A stretch of DNA of 64,000 nt from Phyllobates terribilis (GCF_046119375.1 NW_027362761.1:494202001-494266000), one strand, 5' to 3'; positions 36,255 through 52,408 are shown, counted from the stretch's first letter. Numbers and translations are program-made. Notes: generated by a model not told the origin, from the letters alone.

Positions 36255-39044
36255 GTTGGAGATGACCCGCCCAGGGGATGGGGATGACTCGGTACCCGGG
36301 CCTTTGCCTGGCCTTGGGGATGTCGCGGTGGTCGGCTCCTGGGCCCGTACCCTGGGGTCTCTCTTTAAAAAGGGTGGATTATTTGTTAATTTTTATAAAA
36401 GTTCGTGACGCCACCTGTGGTATCTGGTGAGGATCACCAGCGCTGCTCAGTCCGCTGAGGCCGATGATATGGCAGCTTGATGGTATAGCTCCCCACAGGT
36501 GGAGCTAGGCCTCAGGGCAGCGAATGAAGGGGGATGCAGGACAGGCGAGACCCAGCCGGGTCAGAGCAAGAACAGGGACAGACACGATAGTCACTTGAGT
36601 ACCTTTTACTGATGGAAATTCAGGCACGTCCCGGAGCACTGTAGGGTGAAGGGTGCATGTCAGGATCCTCCCCAATGAGCGGGTTTAGGGCCTCCTGTTT
36701 CTTGCCTCTGCGTAGTAAGTTTCTGACCTGCCTGGAGCTAGGCCTAACTTTGTCTATGTCCTGCGCTGGCTGACCTTGTGGTAGGGCCTTCTCTTGGAGT
36801 ACACGCTGCTCAGCTTGTGGGGCCTATGTGTCTCCCGGCTCTGTTACGTATCAGCACTTTAGCGATCCTGGGACCTGTAGTTCTCCAGGGATTCCGGTTA
36901 GTTCTTACTGAGTCATAGAGATCCAGGTAAGCTTCGGACCCGGTGTCCGGTAAATTCTTCGGGGTGAGCTAGTTAAGCTCCTCTGCCCCCTATGTACTAA
37001 CTCTCCACTTGCCTTCAGCCTACTCGGGCCCTCACTAGGCTACTCACACTAACGGCAGCTTGCCGCGCTTCACCGATCTTATGGCGCCGGCACACTTAAA
37101 GCTCACTTCTCTGAGCTACACCGAGTCTTGATCTGGATAAGCCCCACTGCAGGATAGCAATTGCAGGAGCTGGAACAGGCTTTTGTCCTCTGAGGTAACT
37201 CTTCTCAGACAGTACTGGACTCACTGCTAAACCAGACTGAACTAGACTCTTGACTCTGACTGACTGCTGCCTGGCTCCACCTTCCCTATTTATCTATCCC
37301 TAACGGGCTCCCTCTGGTGATCTGAGGTGGAAGGTGGAGCTGTGTGAATGATTATAGGAGCCTATTGTGGAGGAATCCATCAATGCACTCTTCTAGGATC
37401 TGTGATACCAAGCGCAGCTGGGCGTCACACTCTCCTCCGCTCATGGGTCCCATAGCGCGGCAGGGTTCCCGACTGTGAGTGGGCCCCTCCGCCTGCTCAG
37501 GGCCCCGGCACTTGCCCGGGTGCGGCGGGTGCTGATGCCGGCCCTGTCTCCCTGCAAGAGTTTTCTTATACTATAGATAATTGGATGGAGACACTGACAG
37601 TATGATACGTACTTGAGACAATGACTAGTTTTGTGTACAGTGTGTGTCTATGTGTGAGACACGTTAGATGCCCAGAGCATTTTTTCCACCTGACTTATGG
37701 TCTGGCACAAACAATAGGTATTTGCCATGACCCTGACTTAAACTTGACTTAGTTATTATTTCACCCTTGTACTCTTAGCTTAATAGGGATTTGTGTAATA
37801 ATATACCAGGCAGTAGAAAAGAGGTAAAACCGGAATCCTTGGGAATATGTTTTTACAGAGGACTGTGCCACATATAGATGTTTATATTGGTGGATAAGAA
37901 GTTCTGTCTCACTGTAAGGGCTCCTAAACTCATCAGTTTTTCTCATACAAGTGCTATCCGTGTTTTTCTTTCACAAATTAAACTAATACCTGTGATAGTT
38001 TAAGGGGAAGTTGACGTGTCTGATTTTTTTCCTCGGACCAAGGGATCCACACAAAAGTTTGGAGACTTTTCTGTTATTAATCCAAGTGTTGGATCACACT
38101 CACCAATGCAATTCTGTGGGACCGTAAATTGGACAGCACTCGAATGCCAACCACGTGCTCTCCATTTATCAAGGACCGTTTGATAGGAGAAGCTTGAGAA
38201 ACCTCCATTGTTTATTTTTTTCATCTGTGAAAAACTGATAAAACTCTGGCCAAACTCTGATGACACTCTGATGAAAAACACTGATGAATGTCAGAAGACC
38301 ATACTTTGTATACAAGAAAATGACTGATGTGTAATTTACTATTTAATTCAGTCATTTCTAGTGATGAGCAAGCATACTCGCAAATACTCGTTACTCGACT
38401 GAGCATCTCAGTACTCGAGATGCTCGGAGCTCGCCGAGTACTTGCGAGATGCTCGGGCGGATGCTCGGGTCCCCTCCCTGCATGTTTGTCGCTCTTTAGA
38501 GCGCCAATTAACATGCAGGGATTGCCTGTCACTCACTGTAATGCCGCAGCCATGTTGGTTGTGGCATTACAGCGATTGGCTGGCCGCACAGCGCCATCAG
38601 GTCTATATCAGACCTGGCGCCGCTGTGCTCGTCAGTCTACTCCGCAATCAGGCAGTATAGGGAGAGGTGCTGCTGAGCTAGGGAGAGATTTGGTTGTGTA
38701 TTAGGTAGTGTAGGGAGAAAACAAGTACATTACACTTATCCATCTCAACAAACAGTCCTTCTGAGGACTAATCCATCTGCAGAGATATCAGGCAGGCAGG
38801 GTGTATAGGCAGGCAGTGTATATAGCAGACTGCAGTGCATATAGCACAAGAGGCTCCATTCCAGTTCTGCCTTCTGCTGCTGTTAGACATTTCTAGACAA
38901 AGGCACAGGTCTCAGGGGCCAGGAATTTTTTTTTTTGGATCTTTATCCTCATTATTTGCTTAAAAAGCAATCCAGAGAACACCGTTTTTCTGCGCCATTT
39001 GCTTGTTGGCCCTGCAGAATACAGCCAGGTCCTTTCCATATTAC

Positions 39045-39420
39045 AGCACTAAAAATCCAGCTATTTAAAACTGTGGTTTGTCTGTCACACGGATCACATA
39101 TAATTGCGCTGAAAATACTGCCATTTTTGGCCTCCATTCAAATTTTTTTTCAGTGTGTCAGCAAAGTTTTTCACACCGGTTTGCTGTTCAAAATAGTTAC
39201 CTACAGGCCAGGTGTTTAAAACTGTGGTTTGTTGGTCACACGGATCACATATACGTTTTCTGAAAATTCTGCCATTTCTGGCCTCCATTCTAATTTCTTT
39301 TTCAGTGTGACAGCAATGTTTTCGACACTGGTTTGGTGTTCAAAATAGTTACCTACAGGTCAGGTATTTAAAACTGTGGTTTCTCCATCACACAGATTAC
39401 ATATAACTTCGCTCCAAATG
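39045..39420. repeat. ~150-bp tandem repeat (about 2.5 copies) in the hAT 5' region
   Basis: TTTAAAACTGTGGTT recurs at ~39066, 39216 and 39368. Confidence 0.8.
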
Positions 39421-39626
39421 CAGCCATTTGTAGTGAGCGTGGAAGATATTGTCCTCCATTTAAAATGGGCAAGGAGCGTGGCAAAGGACGGGGAACTGAA
39501 CGTGATGGCGATGGTGCATGCCGAGGCCGAGGCTGTAGGCAAGATGAAATTGTGCCACAACAAACACCCACATCTTCTCGCCCGACCTTCCTGTCCTAAT
39601 TCTTAGGGGACCGCAGCACACCACTA

Positions 39627-42600
39627 TTGAACCCAGAGCAGTGTCAAAATGTTGTTGGTTGGATAGCGGATAATGCTTCCAGTCACTTAGCCACCACCAC
39701 CACCACCCTGTCTTCCACACGGTCAAGTCTTAGTAGCCGTGAGTCTGGACTGCATATTCCTCACCCTGATCCTCCTTCCTCCCACCATTCCGAGTGCCCG
39801 GAGACAACTGATCCCACACTTGGACACTCTGAAGAGCTGTTCACTTTTCCATTTATAGATTCGGGCTTCTCGCCCGGTCCACTTGAAGCAGGGCAAGAGG
39901 AGATCGCATGTAGCAATGCCCAAATATTTGAGCAGCCACGGTCACACAAAGGCGACGGTGGGAAAGTGTCACAAGAGTTGGACGATGATGAGACACAATT
40001 GCCAGAAAGTCAGGAGGAGGACCAGGGTGCGGAAGTGCAAGACGAGGTGGTGGATGATATAGTAACTGACCCAACCTGGCAGGAGGACATGCAGAGCGAG
40101 GACAGCAGTATACAGGGGGAGGGAGGCAGAGCACCCCAACAGGCAGGAAGAAGCAGTGTGGTGGCCGCAGACAGAAAGCAGGCAACCGTTCCCCGTAACA
40201 CCAACACGAAGGAAGTTGCCAGTACAACTGTTAGGTCTTCCCGAGTCTGGTTGTTTTTTAAGGACTCTGCCGATAACCCCAAAAAGGTCATTTGCACCAC
40301 CTGCCAGGCCAGCATCAGCAGGGGTGGCAAAACTAGCAGCCTGACCACCACCAGCATGATCAGGCACATGGCAGCAAAGCACCCGACTTTGTGGGCCGAA
40401 CCCCAGGGTCCAGGAACAATGTCTGCGGGTGGCACCATTGCTTCTTCCACTGTTGTGCATGCAAGCCAATCCCCTGTCCATGGTGCATGCGAAGATGCCT
40501 CCTGCCCTGCACCTGTCGTTGCACACTCTCAAGTAGCAGCATGAGGAAGCATGTCCACGTCCTTGTCCCAGTGCAGCGTTCAGTTGTCCATACCCCAGTC
40601 CTTGGAACGCAAGTGCAAATACGCAGCCAACGCCCCACAGGCCACACTACTAAATTCCCACATTTCACGACTGCTTGTGCTCAAAATGTTGCCTTTTAGG
40701 CTCGTGGAGATGGAAGCATTCCGCAACCTGATGGCGGAGTCCATTCCTTGGTACTTGTTCCCCTGCCGCCACTATTTCTCCCGGTGTGCCATCCCCGCAT
40801 TACACAAGCACGTGTCCCAAAACATTAGCCATGCCCTCAACAATGCCGTTACCGGGAAAATCCACCTAACCACAGACACGTGGACAAGTGCTTGTGGGCA
40901 GGGATGGTACATCTCGCTGACGGCACACTGGGTTAACATAGTGGAAGCTGTAACCCAGTTGGACCTTGGCATGGAACACGTCCTCCCGACGCCAAGGATT
41001 GCGGGCCCTACGTCAATCAGGGTTGCCCCCCAGTCTACAGATCCTGCACCTCATCCTCCTCCTCCTCTTCAGCCTCCATCTCTGAAATGACCACATCAGT
41101 CACAAGCTGGAAGCACTGCAGCACTGCCTCAGCCAAGCGGCAACAGGCTGTGCTGAAGCTAATATGCTTAGGTGAAAAAACGATCAATGCTGAAGAGTTG
41201 TGGACAGCTCTGAGAGAGCAGGCAGATCTGTGGCTCACACCGCTGAACCTACAGCCAGGCATGGTCGTGTGTTACAATGGCCGGAACCTGGTGGCGGCTC
41301 TGAGGCAAGGCGAGCTCACACACGTACCATGCCGGGCCCATGTGCTTAACCTCGTGGTTCAGCGGTTTCTCAAATCCTAACCGTAGCTTCCGGATCTGCT
41401 TGTTAAAGTACGCTGCCTGTGTTCCCATTTTAGAAAGTCACCTACAGCTTCCGCCGCCCTTGCCGTGTTTAAGCAGCGTTTGCAGCTTCCGGCTCACAGA
41501 CTGGTGTGTGATGTCCCCACATGTTGGAACTCTACACTGCAGATGTTGGGAAGGATTTGTGAGCAGAAGAGGGCAGTTGTTGAGTACCAGCATCAACAAG
41601 GCCGTCGGTATTCAGTTCAGACTCCACACATAAGACCTCAGGAGTGGACAAGGATGTCAGACATATGTACCATCCTCCAAAACTTTGAGAACTCCACCAA
41701 GATGGTGAGCGGCGATGACGCCATAATTAGCGTCACCATCCCGCTTCTCTGTCTTCTGAAATGCTCTCTCCTCACAATCAAAGAGAATGCATTGCAGGCA
41801 GAGGACAATGAGATGGAGCAAGGAACCATACAGGGTGATTACACACAGCCCAGCCTCATCTCATCCCAACGTGGATTGGGTGACAAAGAGGAGGAGGAGG
41901 AAGAAGAACAGGAGCTAGTTTCATGCGCTATAGACGGTACTACCTGCACAACTGTCAGACCGTCTGTTCAGCGTGGATGGCCAGAGGACAGAGAGGAGGA
42001 GGAGGAGAGCATCGTCAGTCAGACTCTTGGTGAGGACACGGAAGTCTTGCCTGTTAGCAGTCTGGCACGCATGGCTGAGTTTATGTTATGCTGCCTTTCC
42101 CATGACCCTCGCGTTCTAAAAATTTTGGGTGACAGTCCTTACTGGTTGGTGACACACGCTATAAGGAGAACTTTACATCTCTTATTCCTGAGGCGGACCG
42201 GTCTACAAAAATGGGGCAGTACTAGAAGGCCCTTGTTGCGGAACTATTAAAAAAATTCCCATCTGAAAACGCTGGCGGCAGAGGTCACAGTTCGTTGGAC
42301 AACCAAGGACTACAGGCGAGAGAGACATAACTTCAATCCAGCAGAGGCAGGGGAACACTGTCTAAGTTCTGGGAGAATTTTCTCAGCCCCTCCCATCGCA
42401 CAGGCCCTGAGGCACGAGGTACTCTCACAAGGAGTGCAAAGCTGGGGAAGATGCTGAGGGAGTACCTTGCCAACTGTACCAACGTCCTCCTTGATTCCTC
42501 TGTGCCTTATAATTATTGGGTACCCAAGCTGGAATGAACTGTCTCTCTACGCCTTGGAGGTCCTGGCCTGCCCTGCTGCCAACGTTTTATCAGAGCGGGT

Positions 42601-42745
42601 TTTTAGTGCCGCTGGTGGAATTATAACTGATAAGCGCATCCGCCTGTCAACTGAAAATGCTGACAGGCTGACTCTTATAAAAATGAACAAGGGCTGGACT
42701 GGGCCAGACTTCTCAACACCACTGAATGTTAGCAGCGTAACATAA
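39627..42745 (+). pseudogene. hAT transposase with BED zinc finger and C-terminal dimerisation domain; multiple stops and frameshifts
   Basis: SRVWLFF...ICTTC...MIRHMAAKH (BED finger), HLTTDTWTS, CRAHVLNLVV, CDVPTCWNSTL and LACPAANVLSERVFSAAG motifs over five ORF pieces. Confidence 0.92.
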
Positions 42746-43080
42746 ACTCAAATTCAGTGTCTTTTTTTGGGAGGTGTATTCTCATGCACCTCTTCACATC
42801 CACACATGGGTATACGAGTCCTGATTTTGGCTATTTGCTCTTGTCCTCCTCCTTCTCCTCATCCTCATCCTCCACCACCATATAACCAGGGTGACCGTGG
42901 TCCGTGATGCAACATCCACATAATTTTTTTAAAGGGTGTTTATGATCCCCGTAAAAAATTTTTTTATACAGTATGTTCATATATACCCCCCAGGTGTAAA
43001 TGTTTGCCAGCCCATACACTTAGTGCATGGGCATTACAAGTATAAGAGACCCGCTCCTTTCTAATGGAAACATTTTTTAT

Positions 43081-43690
43081 GAGGCCCTCCTCCACGTCTC
43101 TTCCAAGGGGCATTGGAGTGCCTCCCAATTATTGGCAGCCCTTGCATTCACTGCATAGGCCAACACTATGAGAGACCCACTTCCTAATAATGGGAACATT
43201 GTTTTCAGGAGGCCCTCTGACCTCCACGTCTCTTCCAAGGGGCATTGGAGTGCCTCCAAATTTTTTGCGACCCTTGCATTCACTGCATAGGCAAACACAA
43301 TGGGAGACCCACTTCCTAATAAAGGGAACATTGTTTTCAGGAGGCCCTCTGACCTGCACGTCTCTTCCAAGGGGCATTGGAGTGCCTCCAAATTTTTGGC
43401 AACCCTTGCATTCACTGCATAGGCAAACACAATGGGAGATCCACTTCCTAATAATGGGAACATTGTTTTCAGGAGGTCCTCTGACCTCCACGTCTCTTCC
43501 AAGGGGCATTGGAGTGCCTCCAAATTTTTGGCAACCCTTGCATTCACTGCATAGGCAAACACAATGGGAGACCTACTTCCTAATAATGGGAACATTGTTT
43601 TCAGGAGGCCCTCCTCTAAGTCTCTTCAAAGGGGTATTGGGGTGCTTCCAAATTTTCAACGTGGTATTGGTGTGCGTCCAAATTTTGGCA
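43081..43690. repeat. 132-bp tandem repeat (about 4.5 copies) in the hAT 3' region
   Basis: GGAGG(C/T)CCTC starts at 43208, 43340, 43472 and 43604. Confidence 0.92.
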
Positions 43691-44781
43691 GCCCTGCCAC
43701 TCATTGCATACGCAATAACAGTATAGGAGACCCACTCTTTAGTAATGGTAACAATAAAACATAGCCGGCTGATGGCTCTCTAAGAATAGTGAGGGCCGAC
43801 TGCTGGCCCTTTAAGAATAGTAAAGGCCGCCTGATGGCCCTATAATAATAGGCTTTGTGACTTTCAGAGTCCCTCCTTCCTAAATGAAACACGATGTGTC
43901 TTATGATATCTCACACATGGCCAGATAAGGTTGTAAAATGTTAAAATGACATTTCCTGGTGAATGCATTTGTCACGGTTGAAAGCAATGCAAAAGTGCAA
44001 AAACGCATCAAAAAACGCTAAGTGTGAACAGAGCCCAAGGTGTGGAGGAGTATTTTTGTTTTTTGGTTATTTATTTTGCTTTATATACAAGTCATTACCC
44101 TGGAAAGGATGTTCCTTAACATATTTCCCAGGAAAATCCATTTTGGTTTAGTTTTTGTATGTTTTATTCTGAGTCCGTAAAAGTGGCGTAATACCTCTGA
44201 CAACGTTGTTGACAGAAGTGAACTGGGAGTCAGAAATGCTTCCAGGGGTCTTCCCCATGCTGTTCCCATGTCATTTGAGCACTGTTCCCATCGATTTGGG
44301 CAATTTTTAGGCCCTCCGGAGACCGCCGGGGGGAGCCGCCTGAAAAATGCTCAAGTTTCCCATAGACTTACATTGGGCTCGTTCCTCGGGTCGAGCACCC
44401 GAGTATTCCAATGTGCTCGACCTGAGCATCGAGCACCCGAGCATTTTAGTGCTCGCCCATCACAAGTCATTTCTAATGCTATAGTGGTATAATTATCAAA
44501 GCTGTATTTTAACCCCTTTTTGAGCAGGCAAATTTTAGCATTATATTGCAATCACCAACATTCTGATCTGTGATCCTAAACTTCTAAAGTCTCCCCACTC
44601 CTTTTGCAAACACACAAAAGGGGAAGAAGGTGGGAAGTCAGACCAATGGAGCAGATCCTGACCACATTTACTGCAGTCATAATGAGAGCTAGCAGAACAA
44701 CTGTTTTTTATATGACAAATGTCAGCAGCTGTTCCTCTTAGTGTTTGAAAGTTGAAAATATCAAAGCTTAAAAAAAAAATG

Positions 44782-45916
44782 TGTGGCGCCCCTGAGGGTT
44801 CGACCACCACAGGGATGCTGCACTTCTTTAATGGAGTGTAGTGTTCCTCCTCTGAGGTAAGAACAGCGTTGTGGTTGTGGTCCTTGTAGTTTAGTTCTTC
44901 GACGGTCTTGGTTAGTCAAATTGCCTGGCTGTCATGTACTGTGATCTCCTACCCTGAAAGTGGATCCTGTGTGGGCCTGCAGAGGATGAGGATACAGCCC
45001 TCGTACCCTGGCCTTGGGACGACGGGCAGGTTGCAGACGAGGAATGTCTCAACCTGGTCAAGGACCACAACCAAGAAGGCCCGGAGCTTAGGAGTGTAGC
45101 TCCACAGCAAATGGATCCCGGGGAGGATGCAGATGGAGCGGCGTACGCCACCTGTCCTCACCACCTGATATATTCAGAGGGAGTCCGGCTGCAAGAGGGG
45201 TACCGGCCCCCGACACCCGACCTTGCTACTCTATGTCCTGGTCAGGAAAGCCCGGTAGGCCCTGAGGATCCCACCGGGTATCGGAAGGAGCGGAGCTGCC
45301 ACCCGTGCCCTTGTTCTGAGAGGAGCTCAGAGGGAGACCCGGCCTATTCACACACACAGACAGGAGAGGATACGGTCTGTAGTTCAGGAACACTCTGGTG
45401 CGGGGTCCCGACTGAATGCTGGACTTGCTTGGAGGTTGTCGGACCCCCGTCCCTGGTGACCGCAGGACTGCGCGGGGAGCAGGGAGTCGCCTTCCTACTG
45501 CCATCTCTAATGTGAGTAAAGCCTTGGAAGTTCACCCCTATGGCCTCCGGACTGTTTATTCTGCGCTACACCCCACGACGCAGCACACGGTCTCCTCTAC
45601 TACTACCCCCTCCATCCGGTCTCTCTGCCCTGAGGCCGTGCTCCGTCTGTGGGGAGTAGTAACAACGACGGCTGCCCTAACACCAGGCCTCAGCGGACTG
45701 CGGCAGTGCTGGTGGCCTTCACCAGGTGCCACAGGTGGCGTAGTCGGAATCAGCCACTCAACCCGGATAAGCCCACACCATCCGTTTTAATGTGACGGCC
45801 CTGAGCATGGGTCGGGTCCGGGCCACGGCTGCACCCCATCTCTCCATCACAGGACCCGACTCCGAGTCCCCCATCTCCCTGGGTAAAGAAAAGGGCTTCC
45901 GAGAAGAGGCGTCACA
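44782..45916 (+). mobile_element. Solo LTR of the element A family
   Basis: TGTGGCGCCCCTGAGGGTTCGACC...GGCGTCACA aligns to the reverse complement of the element A LTR. TSD AATG. Confidence 0.92.
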
Positions 45917-45998
45917 AATGTATTTGTTATACCATAAATAAAATAAAAATTAATCATTTACATTTTTTAAATTGTTGAAAAATGTTTTTTTTATAATA

Positions 45999-48047
<2,049 letters not shown>

Positions 48048-48076
48048 TACATCCTTCACAAGTATTGACATACCTA

Positions 48077-49711
48077 TCTACTATATAATTGTCTTATCCC
48101 GTCTGTCTGTCTGTCTTTCTGTCTGTCTTTCTGTCTGTCTGTCCTGGAAATCACGGGTCGCTGATTGGTCCGGCCTTGGCCAATCAGCGGTGCGGCATTT
48201 CTGAAAAACATGGCGGCCGTTAGCGGCTCATGTGCGGCACGGAGGTCAGCGTCGATGCAGCTGGGAGATGAAGCCGGCTACTCGCAGCATAAGTCCCCCG
48301 ACCGCAGGCGCCGCTGACCTACATGCGGCTATCGTCGGGAGATCAGCGGCTAGCGCCGCTTATCTCCCGAGGACAAGTGTGACGCCCCTCCCCTCCTTTC
48401 CTCTCCTCTCCCCTCCCCTCTCCTCCCGTCCCTCCCCCCCCGCTCGATCAGGACCCCGGCACCCGGCGTCATACTTACCCCTCCCCTCCTCTCCTCTCCC
48501 CTCCTCTCCTCTCCTCTCACCTCCCCTCTCCTCCCGTCCCTCCCCCCGCTCGATCAGGACCCCGGCACCCGGCGTCATACTTACCCTTCCCCTGCCCTCC
48601 TCTCCCCTCCCCTCTCCTCTCCTCCCGTCCCTCCCCTCTCCTCCCGTCCCTCCCCCCGCTCGATGAGGATCCCGGCACCGGCATCATACTTACCCCTCCC
48701 CGTGCCTCCGCAGCAGCTCCTGTGTCTTCCGCTGATGCTCTGTGACGTCTCAGGTCAGAGGGCGTGGTGACGTCTTTACACCGCGCTCTCTCCTGACCGG
48801 TCACAGCGCACAGCTTCAACATGCCGGCTACGCTGGAGTCCAGAGAAGCAGCTGAGAAGGGAGGTGAGTATTGGATTATTTTTTTTTTTGTATGGGGCCA
48901 TAGGGGACCTGCATGGGGCACTATGGGGGGATGGATATACAGGGGATATGACTTCCTGCATGGGGCATTATATGGGGGGGGGGAGGTGACATCCTACATG
49001 GGGCATTATATGGGGGGGAGAGGTGACATCCTACATGGGGCATTATATGGGGGGGAGAGGTGACATCCTACATGGGGCATTATATGGGGGAGAGGTGACA
49101 TCCTGCATGGGGTATTATATGGGGGGAGAGGTCACATCCTGCATGGGGCATTATATGGGGGAGAGGTCACATCCTACATGGGGCATTATATGGGGGAGAG
49201 GTCACATCCTACATGGGGCATTATATGGGGGGAGAGGTCACATCCTGCATGGGGAATTATATGGGGGGAGAGGTGACATCCTGCATGGGACATTATATGG
49301 GGGGGTGACATCCTACATGGGGCATTATATGGGGGGGAGAGGTGACATCCTACATGGGGCATTATATGGGGGAGAGGTGACATCCTGCATGGGGCATTAT
49401 ATGGGGGGAGAGGTCACATCCTGCATGGGGCATTATATGGGGGGAGAGGTCACATCCTACATGGGGCATTATATGGGGGAGAGGTGACATCCTGCATGGG
49501 GCATTATATACGGGGGAGAGGTGACATCCTGCATGGGGCATTATATACGGGGGATGTGACTTCCTGCATGGGGCATTATATGCGGGGGATGTGACATCCT
49601 GCATGGGGTATTATATACGGGGGATGTGACTTCCTGCATGGGGCATTATAAAGGAGGGTCGGGAGACATATGCTAGAATACCCGACGCGTTAGAATCGGG
49701 CCACCATCTAG
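48077..49711 (+). mobile_element. Non-autonomous Helitron carrying microsatellite and minisatellite arrays
   Basis: A|TCTACTATATAATTG 5' end; 3' hairpin CCCGA-CGCGTTAGAA-TCGGG followed by CTAG|T; no TSD. Confidence 0.8.
48905..49650. repeat. Minisatellite (~33-bp units, GAGGTGACATCCTGCATGGGGCATTATATGGGG)
   Basis: Visible tandem repeats. Confidence 0.92.
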
Positions 49712-49807
49712 TATATCATGGTCATGAAGAAATATAGGTATGTCACAGCGTTCATGTGGGGCGCAGGAGCTGTGTCTGGACGATCGCCGCCGGGAGCTCG
49801 GCTTAAG

Positions 49808-50686
49808 CATACCTCCTAATTTTTGAAGAACAGAAAAAAAGAAACATCATGCTGGCCACACCCCAATCCACACCCATTTACCATTATCTTTCCCCCCTGC
49901 AAGAGGAATTGTCAGAGAGGCGCTGGTAATAAGGGTCATTCAGCAGATGCTCGAGACTGAATGGCACAGACCCAAATCCAGGACTGACCGCTGTATCCGG
50001 GACAGTTGGGACTAGAGATGAGCGGATGTATTCACAGGTCTCTGGTCCAGCGTCCAGGTCAGTGCTACCTGGCGGCTGGATGGGAGGTCATGAATCTCTA
50101 ACTTTCCGACGTTCCTGGCACGGCTCTTGATCGCTCGGGCAGTGCGACATCATCTGTGCATCCTGCTCATCTCTAGGTGGGACCTGTGAATTATTTTTTG
50201 TTCCTTCATTCACAGACGAAGCCGCCAGAACTTTCTCATCTTTATGTAGCTTCACTATATGACATCTGGCTGCTTTGTGTCTGTAAGGCCGTGTTCACAC
50301 GTTGGAGAAATACTGTGCTTTTTGTTTTCAGCAGATGTCCGCATCCAACTACATAATAACAATCTTCTCCCCCTTATTTGATGCGTTTTTGGTGCAGATG
50401 TTAAGCCCGGTTTTTAATGTGATTTTTTTACACACTGTCACACTGTGATGTGATGGAGTCCTGGGTGAGACCCATTAGCAGGAGTGAGAAGAGGTGAATA
50501 TATAATTTAATTTATGCACTGAGAAGAGATGAGCGGCCCCATCCACTGAGGAGGAGAAGCTACGAAGCAATGAAAATGTCGGAGAGGTGAATATAAGCCG
50601 GGAAAACAGCTGTGCTGTGACGGGACACGGGACTGAGCCCTCAAATCGGGACAGTCCTGTCAAAACCGGGACGGTTGGGAGCTATG
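49808..50686. mobile_element. Probable non-autonomous DNA transposon (CATACCTCC/GGGAGCTATG termini)
   Basis: Imperfect inverted termini and repeated CGGGAC subterminal motifs; TSD is imperfect. Confidence 0.45.
50013..50175. mobile_element. 163-bp hAT MITE
   Basis: TIRs TAGAGATGAGC / GCTCATCTCTA, 8-bp TSD GTTGGGAC / GGTGGGAC. Termini match the 38359 hAT. Confidence 0.85.
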
Positions 50687-51085
50687 GCTAAGTGATAGCC
50701 GAGCCCCAGCTCTTAAATAAATAGCGATCACAGGATTTAGAAGGTGGGGAGACAGAAGGGGCTCCCTCTCCCACGCAATTGGCACCCCCATGACATCATT
50801 ATAGGCTGACGATTGTTGTCATGGCAACCCAAGGTCATCATGATGACCTTCGGGTCTGCCAGCTATGGTGACCTATTAGACCATACCAGGAGCATGGTCT
50901 AAAAGGCATTCTGTCAGTATAACACTATACAATGCATTATACCAGTGAGCAGAGTAATAAAAATGAAAGTCCCATAGAGGGACTAAGTAAAAATATTTAA
51001 AAAAAATCACAAAATAAATTAGAAAAAAAAATTATACCAATAAATAGGAATATTTATGTAAAAACAAAAATAAACAAAAAAAGTA

Positions 51086-52074
51086 CCGTATTTTTCGGAC
51101 TATAAGACGCACCGGACCATAAGACGCACCCGAAATTTTGGGGTGGAAAATAGGAAAAACATTTTTTTAATAAGATGAGGGTCCGTCTTATAGTCTGAAT
51201 AGGTATCTTACCTGGATGGGCCGTGTAGCAAGGGACACAGGAGGCAAGGTCCATCAGGAAGCCGGGCCTGGCGCTGGTGGCTTGCGCTGGTGGCCTGGGT
51301 GCCTGGCGCTGGTGGCCTGGGGCTGGGCGCCTGGCGGCCTGGTGCTGGGGGCCTGCAGTGGGCACCTGGTGGCCTGGGGCTGGGCGCCTGGCGGCCTGGT
51401 GCTGGGGGCCTGCAGTGGACGCCTGGTGGCCTGGGGCTGGGCGCCCGGTGGCCTGGGCGTCTGGTGCTGGTGGGCTGGGGGCCTGGTGGCTTGCGCTGGG
51501 CGTCTGGTTGCTGGTGTTAGGGGCTTGGGTGTCTAGGTGAGTGGTGGCTGGCGCTGGGGTTTGGGGCCTGGGTGAGTGGTGGCTGGGGTCTTGGGGCCTG
51601 GGTGAGTGGTGGCTGGCGCTGGGTTTTGGGGCCTGGGTGAGTGGTGGCTGAGGACCTTGGTCCTGGTACAGGGGCCGATGTCTTGCTGTGAGCAGCGTCG
51701 CAGAGCGGCATGAGCGGCCATCTTTCTGAAGCTGAGATCTACAGTAAAATGGCCGCCGGTGTAGCAGAGCGCATGTGCCGGCTCCGGTGGCCATTTTCCT
51801 GTAGATCAGCTTCAGAAAGATGGCCGCGCGCACCGGAAGCCGCTCACGCCGCTCACATCAAGAAACCGGCCCCGGCTCCCAGGCAGATACCTCTTCTGCT
51901 GCCGCCACCACCTGCTGCCGCTGTCACCGCCGCCGCCACCTGCTGCCGCTGTCGCCGCCTCCGATCCCACTCCACCACCACTGGTAAGTTACTTTCGGAC
52001 CATAAGACGCACCCCCCATTTTCCTCCCAAATTTGGGGTGGAAAAAAGTGCGTCTTATGGTCTGAAAAATACGG
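51086..52074. mobile_element. Tc2/pogo-type MITE, inverted copy of 20474-21661
   Basis: CCGTATTTTTCGGAC TIRs, TA TSD. Confidence 0.88.
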
Positions 52075-52408
52075 TACACATATTTGGTATTGCCACGTCC
52101 GGAATTAACTGATCTATTAAACTGTTATCTTAACCTCTGCAAGGAACACCATAAAGAAAAAAAAGTTGACAAACTATGCTTTTTCATCATACCGTCAAAA
52201 AAAGTGGAACAAACGTGATCAAAAATGGTATAGCTGCCAACATCATCTTGTCCCACAAAAAAACAAGCCGCCAAACAGTTCCATCAGTGGAGAAATAAAA
52301 AAGCTCCAGCTCTCAGAATATGGCGATGCAAAAACAATTCTTTTTTTTTTAAAATATTTTTAGTGAGTAAAAGTACTCTTCACCCGCTCCCACTAAAGGT
52401 TGGGGGAC

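Larger units (their letters stand above)
29072..37429 (-). mobile_element. Full-length, disabled Ty3/Gypsy LTR retrotransposon (gag-PR-RT-RH-IN)
   Basis: LTRs 29072-30231 and 36263-37429, TSD CTCT, PBS 36237-36254, PPT-like AGGGGCGAA, recognisable gag and pol. Confidence 0.97.
38359..44465 (+). mobile_element. hAT DNA transposon (ZBED-type), full-length but disabled
   Basis: TIRs TAGTGATGAGC / GCCCATCACAA, perfect 8-bp TSD GTCATTTC (38351-38358, 44466-44473), subterminal TGCTCG/TACTCG repeats. Confidence 0.93.
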
